A DNA stretch of 64,000 nucleotides, taken from positions 11,532,001 to 11,596,000 of the forward strand of contig JBHGNT010000009.1 of the NCBI GenBank assembly GCA_043228905.1, given 5' to 3'. This DNA is from Azolla caroliniana (lineage: Eukaryota; Plantae; Polypodiophyta). Made by a program: the position numbers and the translations under genes. The notes beneath the pieces are model-generated. The model made no database searches, was not told the DNA's origin, and saw nothing but the letters and a program-made list of their open reading frames with translations. This document shows, one piece after another, positions 13,051 to 25,099 of the stretch (its first letter is position 1; each line of letters begins with the position of its first letter).

Positions 13051-14034
13051 CACGAACTCTATTGCATTAGAGAAGGACCTTGAGCAAGTTAATTTCATCA
13101 AAATGAGGATCCAAGGTATCTAGGGTTGTCTTGATCAAGACCAAGAAGTTGGGGCAAAGCATATCAATGAAACTTAGATGATCTAGATGACTTTTAGAGA
13201 ACCTATGGAGCCTATAGATGAAGATGCAGGGCACCTTGTTGAATTAGAAGACGTTTCATAGTCTAAACATACTAACGATTCAACTTAGCGTACTGACAAA
13301 GCCAATGAGGACAATCCTGATGAAAGAGCTAATCTTGAGGAGACGGCTTTACCAGACTTATTATTCGATTGAATGGAAATGTCTTATTGTAAATTTTGAA
13401 CAATATGAATTGTTAAATTTTGACGTAATATATAAGTTGAGCTTACTTATAATTTTCATGTAACAATCATTGAACTTATAGATTAAGTATACTTGTATGT
13501 GTACATGTTGTCTAAACTATCCTTTATCATTTGGGGTATATCGAAGATAAATTTATACTCTATCATTTACTCGTATGATTGGAATGTTATTGTAGACTAG
13601 TTTATTTATACATTGACAATGTCATGTATCACGTGTCAATAGAAATTTTCTCTTGACATAGTAGTATCTCTTAATTGCAAGGTTCACAATTTGCTTTAAG
13701 ATATATTATACATAAATATACACACATAATTAGAAGAAGCCACTTATTCAATGGAGTATGCTTTTTAGAATATGCACAAGGACTCGTGTTACTATTATAC
13801 TTGCATTGACAAATACACCCCTGTCTAAGATTTGGACAAAAACATGGTAGATACAATATACGTCGGATGTTTTTGTTGACGTGATATTAGTTAGTTCTAT
13901 TTTTTGCTATGTTTTCATAAACTACATATGCATGTGTCAAACCTTTTTGAAATTTTGCTTAAATCAGGCATTTTTAACATCTCGCTAAGATATGAAAAAG
14001 AGAATGCGACATATTACCTGTTTCAAATGACCCG

Positions 14035-14457
14035 GTGTTTACATCTGGTTTTAAAGTTGGTGACATGGTCTGGCTATTACGTCGGCATATTCTGACAACA
14101 TGCCCATGCAACAAACTTGATTACAAAAACTTGGGTCCGTTCCTCATCATTGACAAAGTCAACCCTATGGCTTTCTGTCTTGCTCTTCCATCACACTACC
14201 AAATTCACAATGTCTTCCATGCATCACTTCTTGACCTCTATCATCCATCCTCAATTCCAGGAAGAAGCATCGAGCCACCCCCCGCTTTGGCGACTGGGGA
14301 TGAATATGAAGTCGACACCATTCTATACTCACGCAAGAGTCGACGGAAGCTTCAGTATCTGGTCTTGTGGAAAGGATATCCCATCTCTGAGGCCACATGG
14401 GAGCTCGCTAGAAATTTACTCAATGCCCCGGAAGTGGTTCATGATTTTCATCTCTGA
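14035..14457 (+). pseudogene. Chromovirus integrase C-terminus with chromodomain
   Basis: KLDYKNLGPF, IHNVFHASLL, EYEVDTIL...QYLVLWKGYPISEATWE. Confidence 0.9.
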
Positions 14458-14508
14458 TATCCTCACAAACTCACACTTTCTTGAAGTCGGCGCTTAAGGG
14501 GAGGATAA

Positions 14509-14871
14509 TGTCATGAACATCGACTCGAATTCTAGCCTTAGGTCCTTGTATATATATTTCTCCTAGACAAACTTTAGACTTTAAACCTTTGTATAAAGAG
14601 TGGTATGTAAGACTTAGTATGTACTTGACTCAGTATGTAAGCCTTGGCATGCAAGAATTTGTATGCTTTATATTAGAGTATGTAAGACTTGGCATGAGCA
14701 TGCTTATCATGCATCACTACATGTATAGAAAGGGTTGATCTCCCTTGTTAACATCAAGGAGATCAACACTAGCCATGGAATAGATATTCTCACTCATTGT
14801 CATCAACTTCTCCATCTCTCTATCTCATCAACCTCCCCATCTCTTTATCTTCCAATTGTTCATCCGTGACA
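14509..14871 (+). repeat. Chromovirus 3' LTR
   Basis: PPT aaggggagga followed by TGTCA...TGACA; no partner LTR in the window. Confidence 0.75.
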
Positions 14872-15602
14872 ACAAGAGCTCCCCTTACTACCCTCAGTGC
14901 AATGGACAAGCGGAAAACACTAATAATGTGTTATGTACAGTGCTCACAAAGATAATCATGGCCTGTCGGTCCGATTGGAGCACCAAACTCCAAGCCGAAT
15001 TGTGGGCGTTCCACATCTCCTACAAAGTAGTAACTCACCACATGCCCTTCAAACTACCCATTGAGTTCCTCGTCCGTAGCCTCAGGATAACCATCCAAGA
15101 ACGATGGGATGGGAACCCCCTCCCATCACGCCTAGAGAACCTAGAATGGTTGACAAAAACTCAGCTACTCACATTCCAAGCACTCTTGACAGAGAAACCC
15201 AACAGAAAGGTCTGGCACGACAACAAAGCAAAGGATAAAGATCTAGCTAAAGGGGACATGGCTCTCAAATGTTTCTCTCAACGACACAAAAAGAAGCTCA
15301 AATTACGGAGCGAAGGCCCCTATGTAGTCTCAGAGATTACCAAGTCAGGAGCATGTCGAATACGCACACTCGACGAAATCGACATACCAGGATTCATCAA
15401 CGGGAGCAAACTAAAATGCTACTACGGACCCCTCACCCTCGAAGCTCTACTCACGGCCCGACAACGAGAAGTGGAAGCCAAACTTAAAGCATTCAAAGGT
15501 CGTATGGCCCGACTCGAAACCGACCTCCGCAATGTGCAAGCGAAACTAAAACAACAAGGTGATACCCACCCTGTAGCTATTGCTAAATCATATGGATCCT
15601 AA
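14872..15602 (+). pseudogene. Ty3/gypsy integrase C-half with coiled-coil tail (element E)
   Basis: SSPYYPQCNGQAE, EGPYVV, INGSKLK motifs. Confidence 0.85.
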
Positions 15603-16176
15603 TGTCGTGACAACACACTTACCATGCTTCGCCGATGGCATACCTCTAATGGTAGTAATTGACATTGGAGCCTCACTAACCCTCTTCTCCTTCGAAATGT
15701 GGGAACATCTAGGGTTCCCGAACCCATGCAATGATAACATCGTTTGCTTTGATGATTCCACATCATGTTGCCTCGGAGCCTTCACGTGCAAAATCAAGAC
15801 ACAATATAGTGCCCATTCAATTCGAGTTCGGTTCCTTCCACTGAAAATGTTGTACACACCTTCCCTCCTCGGTTTGGATTGGTGTCACATGAGTGAGTGT
15901 CTACTATCACCAAGCAAGAACATTATCTCCTTCCAAACTGTAAATGGTGTGAAGTCAGCAAAACTCGTTGCAACAACACTCCAACCACCTCCAGCCAATC
16001 TCGACGAACTCCAGACCATGAAAACATCCAAACAAAATGAACTCCCACAACCACCGATCACCCAAGGCCAGAGTAATGCCAACATCGGAACAAGGAAGGG
16101 CACGCCGCACAAGTGGGTGAACGTCCACGTGACTTTCGCCGAAGGACCACACCAAGGGGAACGTGCCATCTGGTGA
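15580..16176 (+). pseudogene. Retropepsin-like aspartic protease downstream of integrase (element E)
   Basis: VVIDIGASLTLFS...WEHLG and PSLLGLDW motifs with retropepsin spacing. Confidence 0.7.
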
Positions 16177-16909
16177 GTCCAAAAAGAGCTCACAAACTCC
16201 CAAGGTTGGCACAAAGGTGCCACTCGATTCTGGGTTCCTAAACGAAGTCAACTCCCCACCAACAACCATATCATGACCGCACGGAACACTCAACGACTTT
16301 GCATCAATCAAACACCCCGCTTATGTTAAGTTAGGCACCGGTCAGATTTAGCACCTGGAAGGTCAAAATCCACAGAGACCTACCTCTCGAGCCCCCTTTT
16401 TACCCCTCCAAATGATCTCACAATTTTGGGTTCCTAAAGGCACACGACAACCCTCAGACAACACCCGGACAACAGCTTCAACGTTACGTGTGTGTGTGCC
16501 CTCTCCCCCCTTGCCTCCCCTACCCTTCTTTCACCACCATTTTTTCCCCTTCCTCTGGATCACTGCTTTTTCCCCTTTCCTTACCTCTTCCCCCCACCTT
16601 TTTTCCCTTCCTCTTTCTCTCTCAACTCCACACTCCCTCCTCACTCATCCCCCCCCCATATTGCGCATTCCCAGCGTTCCATGCCTCCACTTGTCACCCC
16701 AATTTTGGGCTTCCCCCCCAACCCCGCGGCCCATTGCCTTTTCAACCATGGCAACCCCCACCTCATGAATACAACAACAACGCTTGTCCCCCACCATGGC
16801 ACATCCTCACTCCCAGCCGTCAAAATCAACCAGCCCCGATTGCCATCATACCCCACACCGCCCCAAGCGGCGTCCACATTAATCGTCGTTGAATGTTGTG
16901 CGTCGCAAT

Positions 16910-17462
16910 TCATCACCGTTCGATGAGGTTGACTCATTGAATGAGCCTCACTCTTCATGTTCGACGAGTCTAACTCGTCGAAAGAGCCTCGCGAACGAGC
17001 CTCACTCCTCCTGTTTGACGAGACTAACTTGTCGAATGACCCTCGTTGTTCGACGAGTTTGACTTGTGGAACGAGCCTCACTCTTCCTATTCGAAGATTC
17101 CAACTCGTTGAACAACTCTCGTTGTTTGATGAGTCTGAAAAACTCTCACCCTCCAATGTTCGAGGACTTCACACTCATCTAACCTCCCCTCCCCATGGTT
17201 CGACAAGTGCCCACTCCTCGAACGACCCTCCCCATGGTTCTACGAGTGCCCAGTCGATGAACGACCCTCCACCCACTACAGTTCGACGAGTACATTGTCG
17301 TGGAATGACTGAACCCATTCTTCGATAGGTATAAACTCGTCGAATGACCACTCCCCCCTCATGGTTCGATGAGTCCCCACTTGACGAACAACCCTTCGCC
17401 TTCCACAATTCGCAGTCATCGAACGCCTCCTAAAGTTCGACGATGGCACTCGTCGAACGACC
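16910..17462. repeat. Degenerate tandem repeats built on ttcgacga/tcgtcgaa
   Basis: Recurrent cgagcctcactc...tcgacgag and cctccccatggttcgacgagtgccc units; boundaries approximate. Confidence 0.6.
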
Positions 17463-17742
17463 CTCCCAAAATAAAAAAATTTAATAATTAATTAAATTAA
17501 ATACTTGTTGAACAGACAAGCTCAACCGGATCCGGATCGGCTGAATAAGTCAAAGCCGGATCGGTATCCAAAAATAGAGAACCGGATAGGTATTCAAATC
17601 GGTATCCGGGACCAAGAGCTGGATCGGAGAGACGGACCGTATTATAAACGGTAAGCCGTTAGAGGCCTGTTAGTCCTTTTAAGGACTTGTATAAAAAGTG
17701 TTTTGTAGGACATTTGTATGTATAGAGTGTTATTATTTTGAA

Positions 17743-18104
17743 TTGAGAGTATGTTATTCTACTCTCTCTTGTGTATTCTCTATTCTGAAGCTTCCATTAA
17801 ACCTGTGCTTATTCTCTGTTACTATCCGGTGAAGCCAGTTTCATCTATAAGCTTCCGCATGCTACTCTTTTCAATGCTAATAAAAACAATAAAAACATAG
17901 AAAGTAAAAAACAAAAACATTAAAACTTAAAATTATAATTATAATAATAAAAATAATAAATAATTGAGAGTATGTTATTCTGAGAGTATGTTATTCTGCT
18001 CACTTTGACTCTCATGTGTTTTATTTGTTTTGAAGCTTCCATTAAAGGTGTGCCTACTCTCTGTTACTATCTAGTGAAGCCGGTTTCGTCTCTAAGCTTC
18101 CGCA
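17743..18104 (+). repeat. Diverged direct repeat of about 120 bp (17743-17860 and 17963-18104), LTR-like remnant
   Basis: ttgagagtatgttattct...gaagcttccattaaa...ctctgttactatc...aagcttccgca occurs twice. Confidence 0.7.
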
Positions 18105-18107
18105 CGT

Positions 18108-20015
18108 TGTCGTGCCTTTCAATGTCGGAACGTTGCGTGAATCGGGTGGGAACCGTTGGGGCTTTGGACTACGAGGAGGAAGAATTTGAGACGAGTCTAA
18201 TTATGAATAGATTGCAAAATAAGAGAGAGATAGGAAATTCGTGAATCCCACCAGTATAGTGTATTAATCAATACTTAAATAAGAATATGAATTTAGATTG
18301 AAAGAGAGTAATAGACAGAAAAGTCGTGAATCCCACAAGGATAGTTTATTAGTTTTATTAATATATAAAACCCTAATAATAAATTAGAATCGATTGGACG
18401 CGAGAGATATAGAAAACTCGTGAATCCCACAAGTATAATGTATTTTATTAATCATTATTTTTTAACCTCGATGATTTTCTTCACTCAATTTTTCATATAA
18501 ACTTTATTTATCACACCAATTACATTGTGCTCCCCATCCTTGTATAGTGATAGGAGAGGCTTAGCAACCCATGCTTTTTCTAACTATAGACTTTATGCTT
18601 TCTTCTAAACTTTATGCTTTTTCTAACCTCATGCGTTTTTTATCGACTATAGTGTTAATGCCCATGTGAGATGTGCATGGATAGCTTTTTTTATCATGCG
18701 TTTTCTTCTAACTGTAGCTTTTTTCCTAGAGAATATGCATGAAATAACCTTTGTATGTGGGATATCTACTTTTTTAACACTTATGATGTGTTAGTCTAAT
18801 GGTAAGCTTCAAATTATTAACCTTGAGGTGGAAGGTTTGATCTTTGCCCTATGCATGCAACATATATTTTAATATTTTCTTCTTTCTTTTCATATTTATT
18901 CAATCGGTTATTTTATACGTTTTTTACGTAATGTAGAATTACACTACGACACTCACCCCCTTCGAACCCGCACATCCTCTGGTATGTGCCGAAGTTGCTA
19001 GAGCTTGTTATTCTCCTTCATTCCCAATTATACCGTCTATTTCTCCCACTATGTCAACTTTGTCTCTCCATTTTGAGCAGGTTCATTCCTTCCACCTGAA
19101 CCATTGTCGCCATTCGATCCACCATATTGTTCGTTCACTCTTTGTATTGCCATGACCGGTTTTCATGGCTCCTTGTGTTCCTCCTGAGCTTAACCCTTCA
19201 TGTCTCGTACATGTGCCACCTTCGTCCCGATTTTCTTCTTGGTGAAGGCACTTCGACCCATCATTTATTTTTGTTTCGTGCCTTCCTCCCCAAGGATTTG
19301 TCCGAATATCGACATTGACTATCCCATGTAGACCCTTCAAGTACATGTTGTCATGCTTCAAGTACAATCTTGCTTTAGAGTTGACGATCTTCATGTTAGA
19401 GCTCTATTTCTCTGTCGAGATCTCATCCTCTGTAACATCCTTCAAATCCTCTTGGCCCGCTTGGTCCTTGTCATCTGTGGTAGTGTCTTTGCTTGACGTT
19501 TGCCTTGTCTTCATCAACCTCAACTTCTTTTCGGATCGATCTCATCTGATCTTCTTTCGGTTGGATCAGCTTCCATATGAATTCGCATTTGGCCGAATCA
19601 GACTCGGTCGATCGGTTTTGACCGAGTCGGCCCCTTTCTGGGTCGGGTTTGACCGATCGATTTCTGCCTGAGTTGGCTTCCGTTTGGATTAGAATACTGG
19701 CCGGATCATCTGCCATCCAGATCGACTTTCGGCTTTACGTTCCTTGCTGCCACCTCCCGTCTGTCTGGTCTCATGTTGGTTCTCGGACACAATCACCGAA
19801 GTCTCTAGAATAAGTGGTCTGGAATCCTCAATATTACTGTCCTCCATCATTTCACCCATATTCACCTTCTCAGCTATCTCTTTGTTGTATGCATCGGCTA
19901 CGATCTTCATTTTTTCTCCGCCACCTTCTGTCTCTTCTGTCTCATGTTGCCTTTCGAACGCAATTGTCGAAGTCTCTGGAATTAGTGGTGAGAATGTCTT
20001 GACATGGTCATCCAT
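18108..20015 (-). mobile_element. Element F: 3' LTR (18108-18951) plus degenerate internal region, related to D; cut by element A
   Basis: LTR homologous to 56629-57418; PPT aagggggtgag and pre-PPT hairpin; peptide ETS...HET...GGG resembles the D ORF; flanked by ACGT (18104-18107). Confidence 0.75.
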
Positions 20016-22199
20016 TGTTGGGAAAATCCTTGCGGATGCGTAGAAGTTGGGCAGGACCATAGGGGTCTTGAACCAAGGAATCAAGAAGTGAGGAGGAAGA
20101 GTCTGTGGTTTACGTATGCCCTAAGACCGCGGTTAAACAGAGAAGGTTAGCGAAACGAGAGAGAGAGTGTGTAAGAGGATCGTGTGTAGACACAAGCGCA
20201 GGCAGAGATGTTGAGAACAACTTGCATTAGGTAGATAAGTTTCTATTAATCAAAACATGCGCGTAGCGCTGTGGACGATTGCAACCGGATCAGTGCCAGT
20301 GATAGAGCGTAGAGCTCTACAGTAGTTAGATACAAAGATACGTAGGCACGTAGATGGGCGATCCCCTGGTCAAGAGCACTCGGGCGTCTGACGTGAGTAG
20401 GGGAAGCGCCTTCCGGTGATCTGTCGTAGGACTCCTCGTCTCCCCTCCTCTCTGTTTCTTTTCTCCTCTCTAGATAACATTCCTAAAATAGTCAAAGGTC
20501 GCCCCTTTTATAGCACAAGGAACAACCGTTACAAAGCATTCATGACCTGTCGCTTTCCCTTCCTAGATTGTCCCTCCTGATTCGTCCTCCTCGTAACTCT
20601 CCCTACTTACGCGATGTCTAAATCCCTATTAATGCCTTAACTTCCTAGTACACCTCTTTCTACTTATGCCTAATACTTACACTATTTAATTCACTAGGGG
20701 TGTGCACTCGTGCACACCAGTGTTCCTGCACGTTTCCCATTGTTTCCACCTATGGCCCGGAATCTTCACGACATCCACCCCCACTAAACCGCACATACTC
20801 CGGTATGTGCCGGGTAGCGAATTGAGTGAGGGATTCCGGGCCATCTTCTACTCGTCCTCCCCTTCTAAACTGGCAGTTTCAGCTCCCAGGTCCGGTTCCG
20901 CCTCGTTCCACCTCTTGAAGGCCTTTATCCGCTTCCCGGCCACTGGAGTCGTCATTCGAGTTAGTGCCCGACCCTCTACCTGGTTCGTTAGGTCTTCTCT
21001 AGCCAACACCAGGTATCGCTTCTGACCCTCTCCCATCAGCATCGATACTAAGTCAACCATCCATTTGAAGTGCATGGCCGGGGGGTATGTTGGGTGCAGC
21101 TCATCGCGGTGTCGAACCACCGAGTGCATCTGGCAGCTTTCGCATGTGGACACGAAGTCGTGCACGCTCTTATATATACCCGATCACTAGTATTTCTCCT
21201 TTAACTTCTCGAATGTGGCCCATGTACCCTGGTGTCCAGACCAAGGGCTTTCGTGGAACTCTGATATTAGCTTCTCTTGATCATCCGCTCGTGCTATTAC
21301 CCGGAGCGGCGCGTCGTTTCGCCTTTTTGGGACCCTCGAGATTTTCCCGTTCCGTAGGAAGTATCGGTATGCCCTTTTTCGGGGCTGTCCCGCTTCCTCC
21401 CTAGTCATCGAGGTGTCCGCCGTCATTGTTTTCAGAAATATTCCGATTAGAAGCCACTCCCCATCATAGTCGTCTTCGTCGAACTCGTTCAAGGGTGGAG
21501 CGCTTCGCATTTTTATCCTCATCCTTGCTGATTCGAAGAAGTCCACGCCGACTTCTTCGTTCTCCAATACCATGTTGTCCTCGTCCTCAAACCTTGCTCT
21601 AGAAAGCATATCGGCCATGGAATTGTCTTTACCCGAGATGTGTCGTATCTCTGGGTTCAGGGACTTGATGTACGCAATCCACCTGAGCATGTGTTACCGA
21701 TTAGGAACACGGTCTATGGTCAGTCCTTTGACCTAGACCTCAAAGTGACTGTGTGGCAATGAATGGTAGTGTCTAAGTGTAATACTTAGGGGGATACCTC
21801 CCGTAACCTAGTAGCGTATAAGGGAGACGACTACAACCGAGCTCCTTAGATAGTGGGCTAGCACACACACTATTACTCACGCCTACACTCTTACGACTGT
21901 GCTACACCACCAAGGATTACAGGCACACAGTAGATTAACCACAGATATGCACAAATATCAGAGAAGATAGAACTCTATTAAGATACGCCTTTTACATTCA
22001 AAATTACACGCTACCTCTATCAGAGGTTTTCTGCCATGTATATACGCAGCAGGGTCTTTTAGCCATTCATGCTTCCCACGTGAACCGTTTACATGCGTTA
22101 CAATATTACTCGATTCCATATTACTGCGCTCTTGTCCATCGGTTACTATTCCGGCGGACAACACCTAGCACGCCTGTGGGATAGTGTCATGGCACGTCG

Positions 22200-24830
22200 G
22201 ACCCACCTCTTTAATCTTCCTCCAAAATGCCCTTGATGTTTGGTTTTGCTACAGTGTCCATGTCGGGGGACAGCATAGGGCCCGTAGGTGTGTGGTTGTG
22301 TGGTTCCCCTGCTTGGTCGGGAGGGCTTCCTATGGTGTCGCTATCGTCATGTGTGGGCGGTCCGGGTTCTACTGGCTCTTCTTGGGCTATTGGGGTTGGT
22401 TCAACCATCCGCGGGCTTGCGGTAGGTCGCGGCTCTGTTTCGTCCGTCACTTCCTCCGTGATGTCGGTCGTCGTTGTACGCTCTGGAGAGTGGGGTTGCA
22501 GTTCCTCTTCGTCCGGAACGTCCTCCGTGATGTCGGCCATAAGTGTATGCTCCGGTGGGTGGGGTTCCTCTCAGTCGGTGGTTTCGTTGTTTGGTATTGC
22601 GGGGGACTCCGCTCGCCGTTACGTGTTGTTCACCGCAGTGGTAATTTCTAGTGACATGGCCTGAGGTTCCTCTTGTTCGGCAGTATCCGGAATTGGTGTC
22701 GCGATGGATTCCTCATTTGTTTGCATGCTGTTGGCTTGCGTGATCAAGTGAAACAGGTCCTCCTGACTTTCGCCAAAATCATTTAGTAGCTACGCGAGTT
22801 CCTCGGAATGTTGGTCCGCTAGCGTGCGATAGTCCTGCACTAGGTCCTCGCGTACTGCGGCAATGCTTTCCTCATTGAGTTTGTAGAACCCTCGGCCATC
22901 TTTCCTTCGGTTCTCCCAGTCTGCTCGATACGTATGAAATTCCACCGCTTGTGCAACCCACGCCATCCATCCTTTGTTGAGCGCCGATATTAATTGCGTC
23001 GTAAACCTCTCCCGATTCGTTTGCAAAAGGATGCACACGTTCTCTATTATGGCTTGGCAACGGTTGCGTGCTTCTTTTACAAATTTCTTGAGGTTTGCAA
23101 TTTATTGCTGACTAACCGCCGCCGCTTCCTCATACGTGCTCCTCATTCCTGCCCAAAGCTGGGATTCCTTCGCATGTAGTTCTTCCTGTTTTCCCATTTC
23201 ATTGCTCAGGCAGATTTCTAGCTGATGCCTTCTCTCCTGTTCTCCCACCAGCTGCTCGTCAAATTATTCTTTCTTCTTCTTCAATAAGGCCAGGAGTCCC
23301 GCGATTGCCGCTTCCGATTTTTTCGCTTCCTCCCGTAATTGGGCATTTCCTTCTTTCGTCCAGGTGTGTTGTGTTGTCTCCGCTGCGAGTTTCTCTTCAA
23401 GGGTCTTCACTGCCTTTCGGCCGTTGGCCCGGATGTCCTTTTTTCTGTCCGAGGACTGGCAAAGTTCGGCATGGAGACGGTTAATCTCTGATTCCGCTAG
23501 TTGCATGGCCCGTTTCGCTTTCGAGGCAATGGTGGTCTAAGCTTCAATCTCTTCCCTCAGGGCTTCAACGACGTTGGTTGTTGTTGGAGCTGCCTGTTGT
23601 GCCGTTGTCGCGTTATTTTCCAACTCCGTGATGCGTTCATTGGCCTTTTGTAGCTCGGCTTGGCACCCATACTGACCTTTGCCAGTTCCCAATGAACTTC
23701 GCAAGGGCCACGTTTAATGGGGGTAGTTCCATCCCCATTCGGCGTATATCAGCGTTCCTCTACCTGCGCGTGCTCCTTGGCCATTCGTTGTGAGATTTTT
23801 ATCTGTTACGTTGCCAGGAATTCCATGAGTTCAAAAGTGGTTCCGAACTGTAATAGTGCGCCGAACTCATGGGCCGTGTTCGGAATGTCCGAATACGCCA
23901 GGACCTCGCTTTCCGCTGTCAATACGGCTTTCCCCCGCTGTGACTGGGTCGTAATGATCGGTCGTGGTTCCCGGATTACTTCGAAGGTGGTATTGGGCTC
24001 CGTAGCTGCGGAGCTGTCACCCACGGTTGTTGTCTCCGTGGCCACGAGTGCATCTTTAACAAACCCTCGCCCATCTTTCCTATCCAGTCTCTGCCTTTTC
24101 CGACTCGGGCTTTCTTGTCGTGGTTCTGGCTCCGCAGCCGCTTCCTTAGTGCGCGCAGCCTGCTCTTCCTACGTTGTTCGCGTGTTCGGCTAGGCAAATT
24201 GGGGTTCATCCTCCCACTCTATGGTGGCTAACTCCGCTAACCTTCGCTTCACGGATCGAGGCAACAGCGTGGGCTTGCTGAGCTGCGGTGCCAGCAGACC
24301 TCGGGGTGGGAATAGTATCGTCAGGTACTGTTGTATGATAGGCCTGAGCTTTTTGCCTCCTTGATACACATGCAGACCTTCCCTTACGCCGGCCCCGTAA
24401 TGACCCCCCAATCAACCATACATCCTTCAAAGGTATCAATGATGATACCTGCCTTCTGCTTGGGCATCCCATATGCGTTTACATGTACGCATCCGACCTC
24501 CAATAGGAACTTGGAGATTTCGCGGAAAAGGGGATCCGGGATCTCCTTCATTCTATATGCCTTGGTGGATGACGAATATGGACCGAAATATCTCTACAGG
24601 GACTCCGCAGGAGGGATTTCGAAATGCCTTTCACCCAGTGATGACAGGTCCAACTTTTTCCGGATGGATGAGTTGGTGACCGTGTCGATGTTGAGCTTTG
24701 TAGCGATGTCCAGAGTGTCAGGGTGTGGAGGTGCCTCAGCGAACCTAATATACCCATCCAAGCATTTCTCCATGAGCCATCGACACAAGGCAGTAGAGAT
24801 GAATATCAGCATAGTCGGAATAGGCTCGTG
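22200..24830 (-). pseudogene. Degenerate extra ORF of element C (unknown N-domain, coiled coil, acidic/Pro-rich tail)
   Basis: Colinear sense-strand ORF fragments 24594-25037, 24190-24411, 23806-24045, 23264-23506, 22790-23038 and 22211-22540. Confidence 0.6.
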
Positions 24831-25099
24831 GCTAGTGGGTGAAGACTGTTGGTTGCGGCAGGCTTGAGCTCTGTGATAGGATGGAGAAGAGTGTGAGGAA
24901 GGGGAGCGATGAGAGCGCTGAGAGTTTGTGCATGCCTTAAGTCCTTTTAATAGCGTCACTATCTTCTCTTTTTCTTTTCTTTTTTCTTTTTTGTTCATAA
25001 CGGTTACATACAATACTATTTTTACATTATAATACAAGTCAGGGCTGTCTACTTACTCTGCGGATTCTCCGGCTTTGTCTTGTCCGGCGGGGAACGGGT

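Noticed and set aside
13050-13380. Possible transposase C-terminal remnant (acidic peptide)
   Set aside because: Multiple stops and no diagnostic motif.
18030-18104. Hammerhead ribozyme (GACGAAAC on the minus strand)
   Set aside because: The CUGANGA core was not found.
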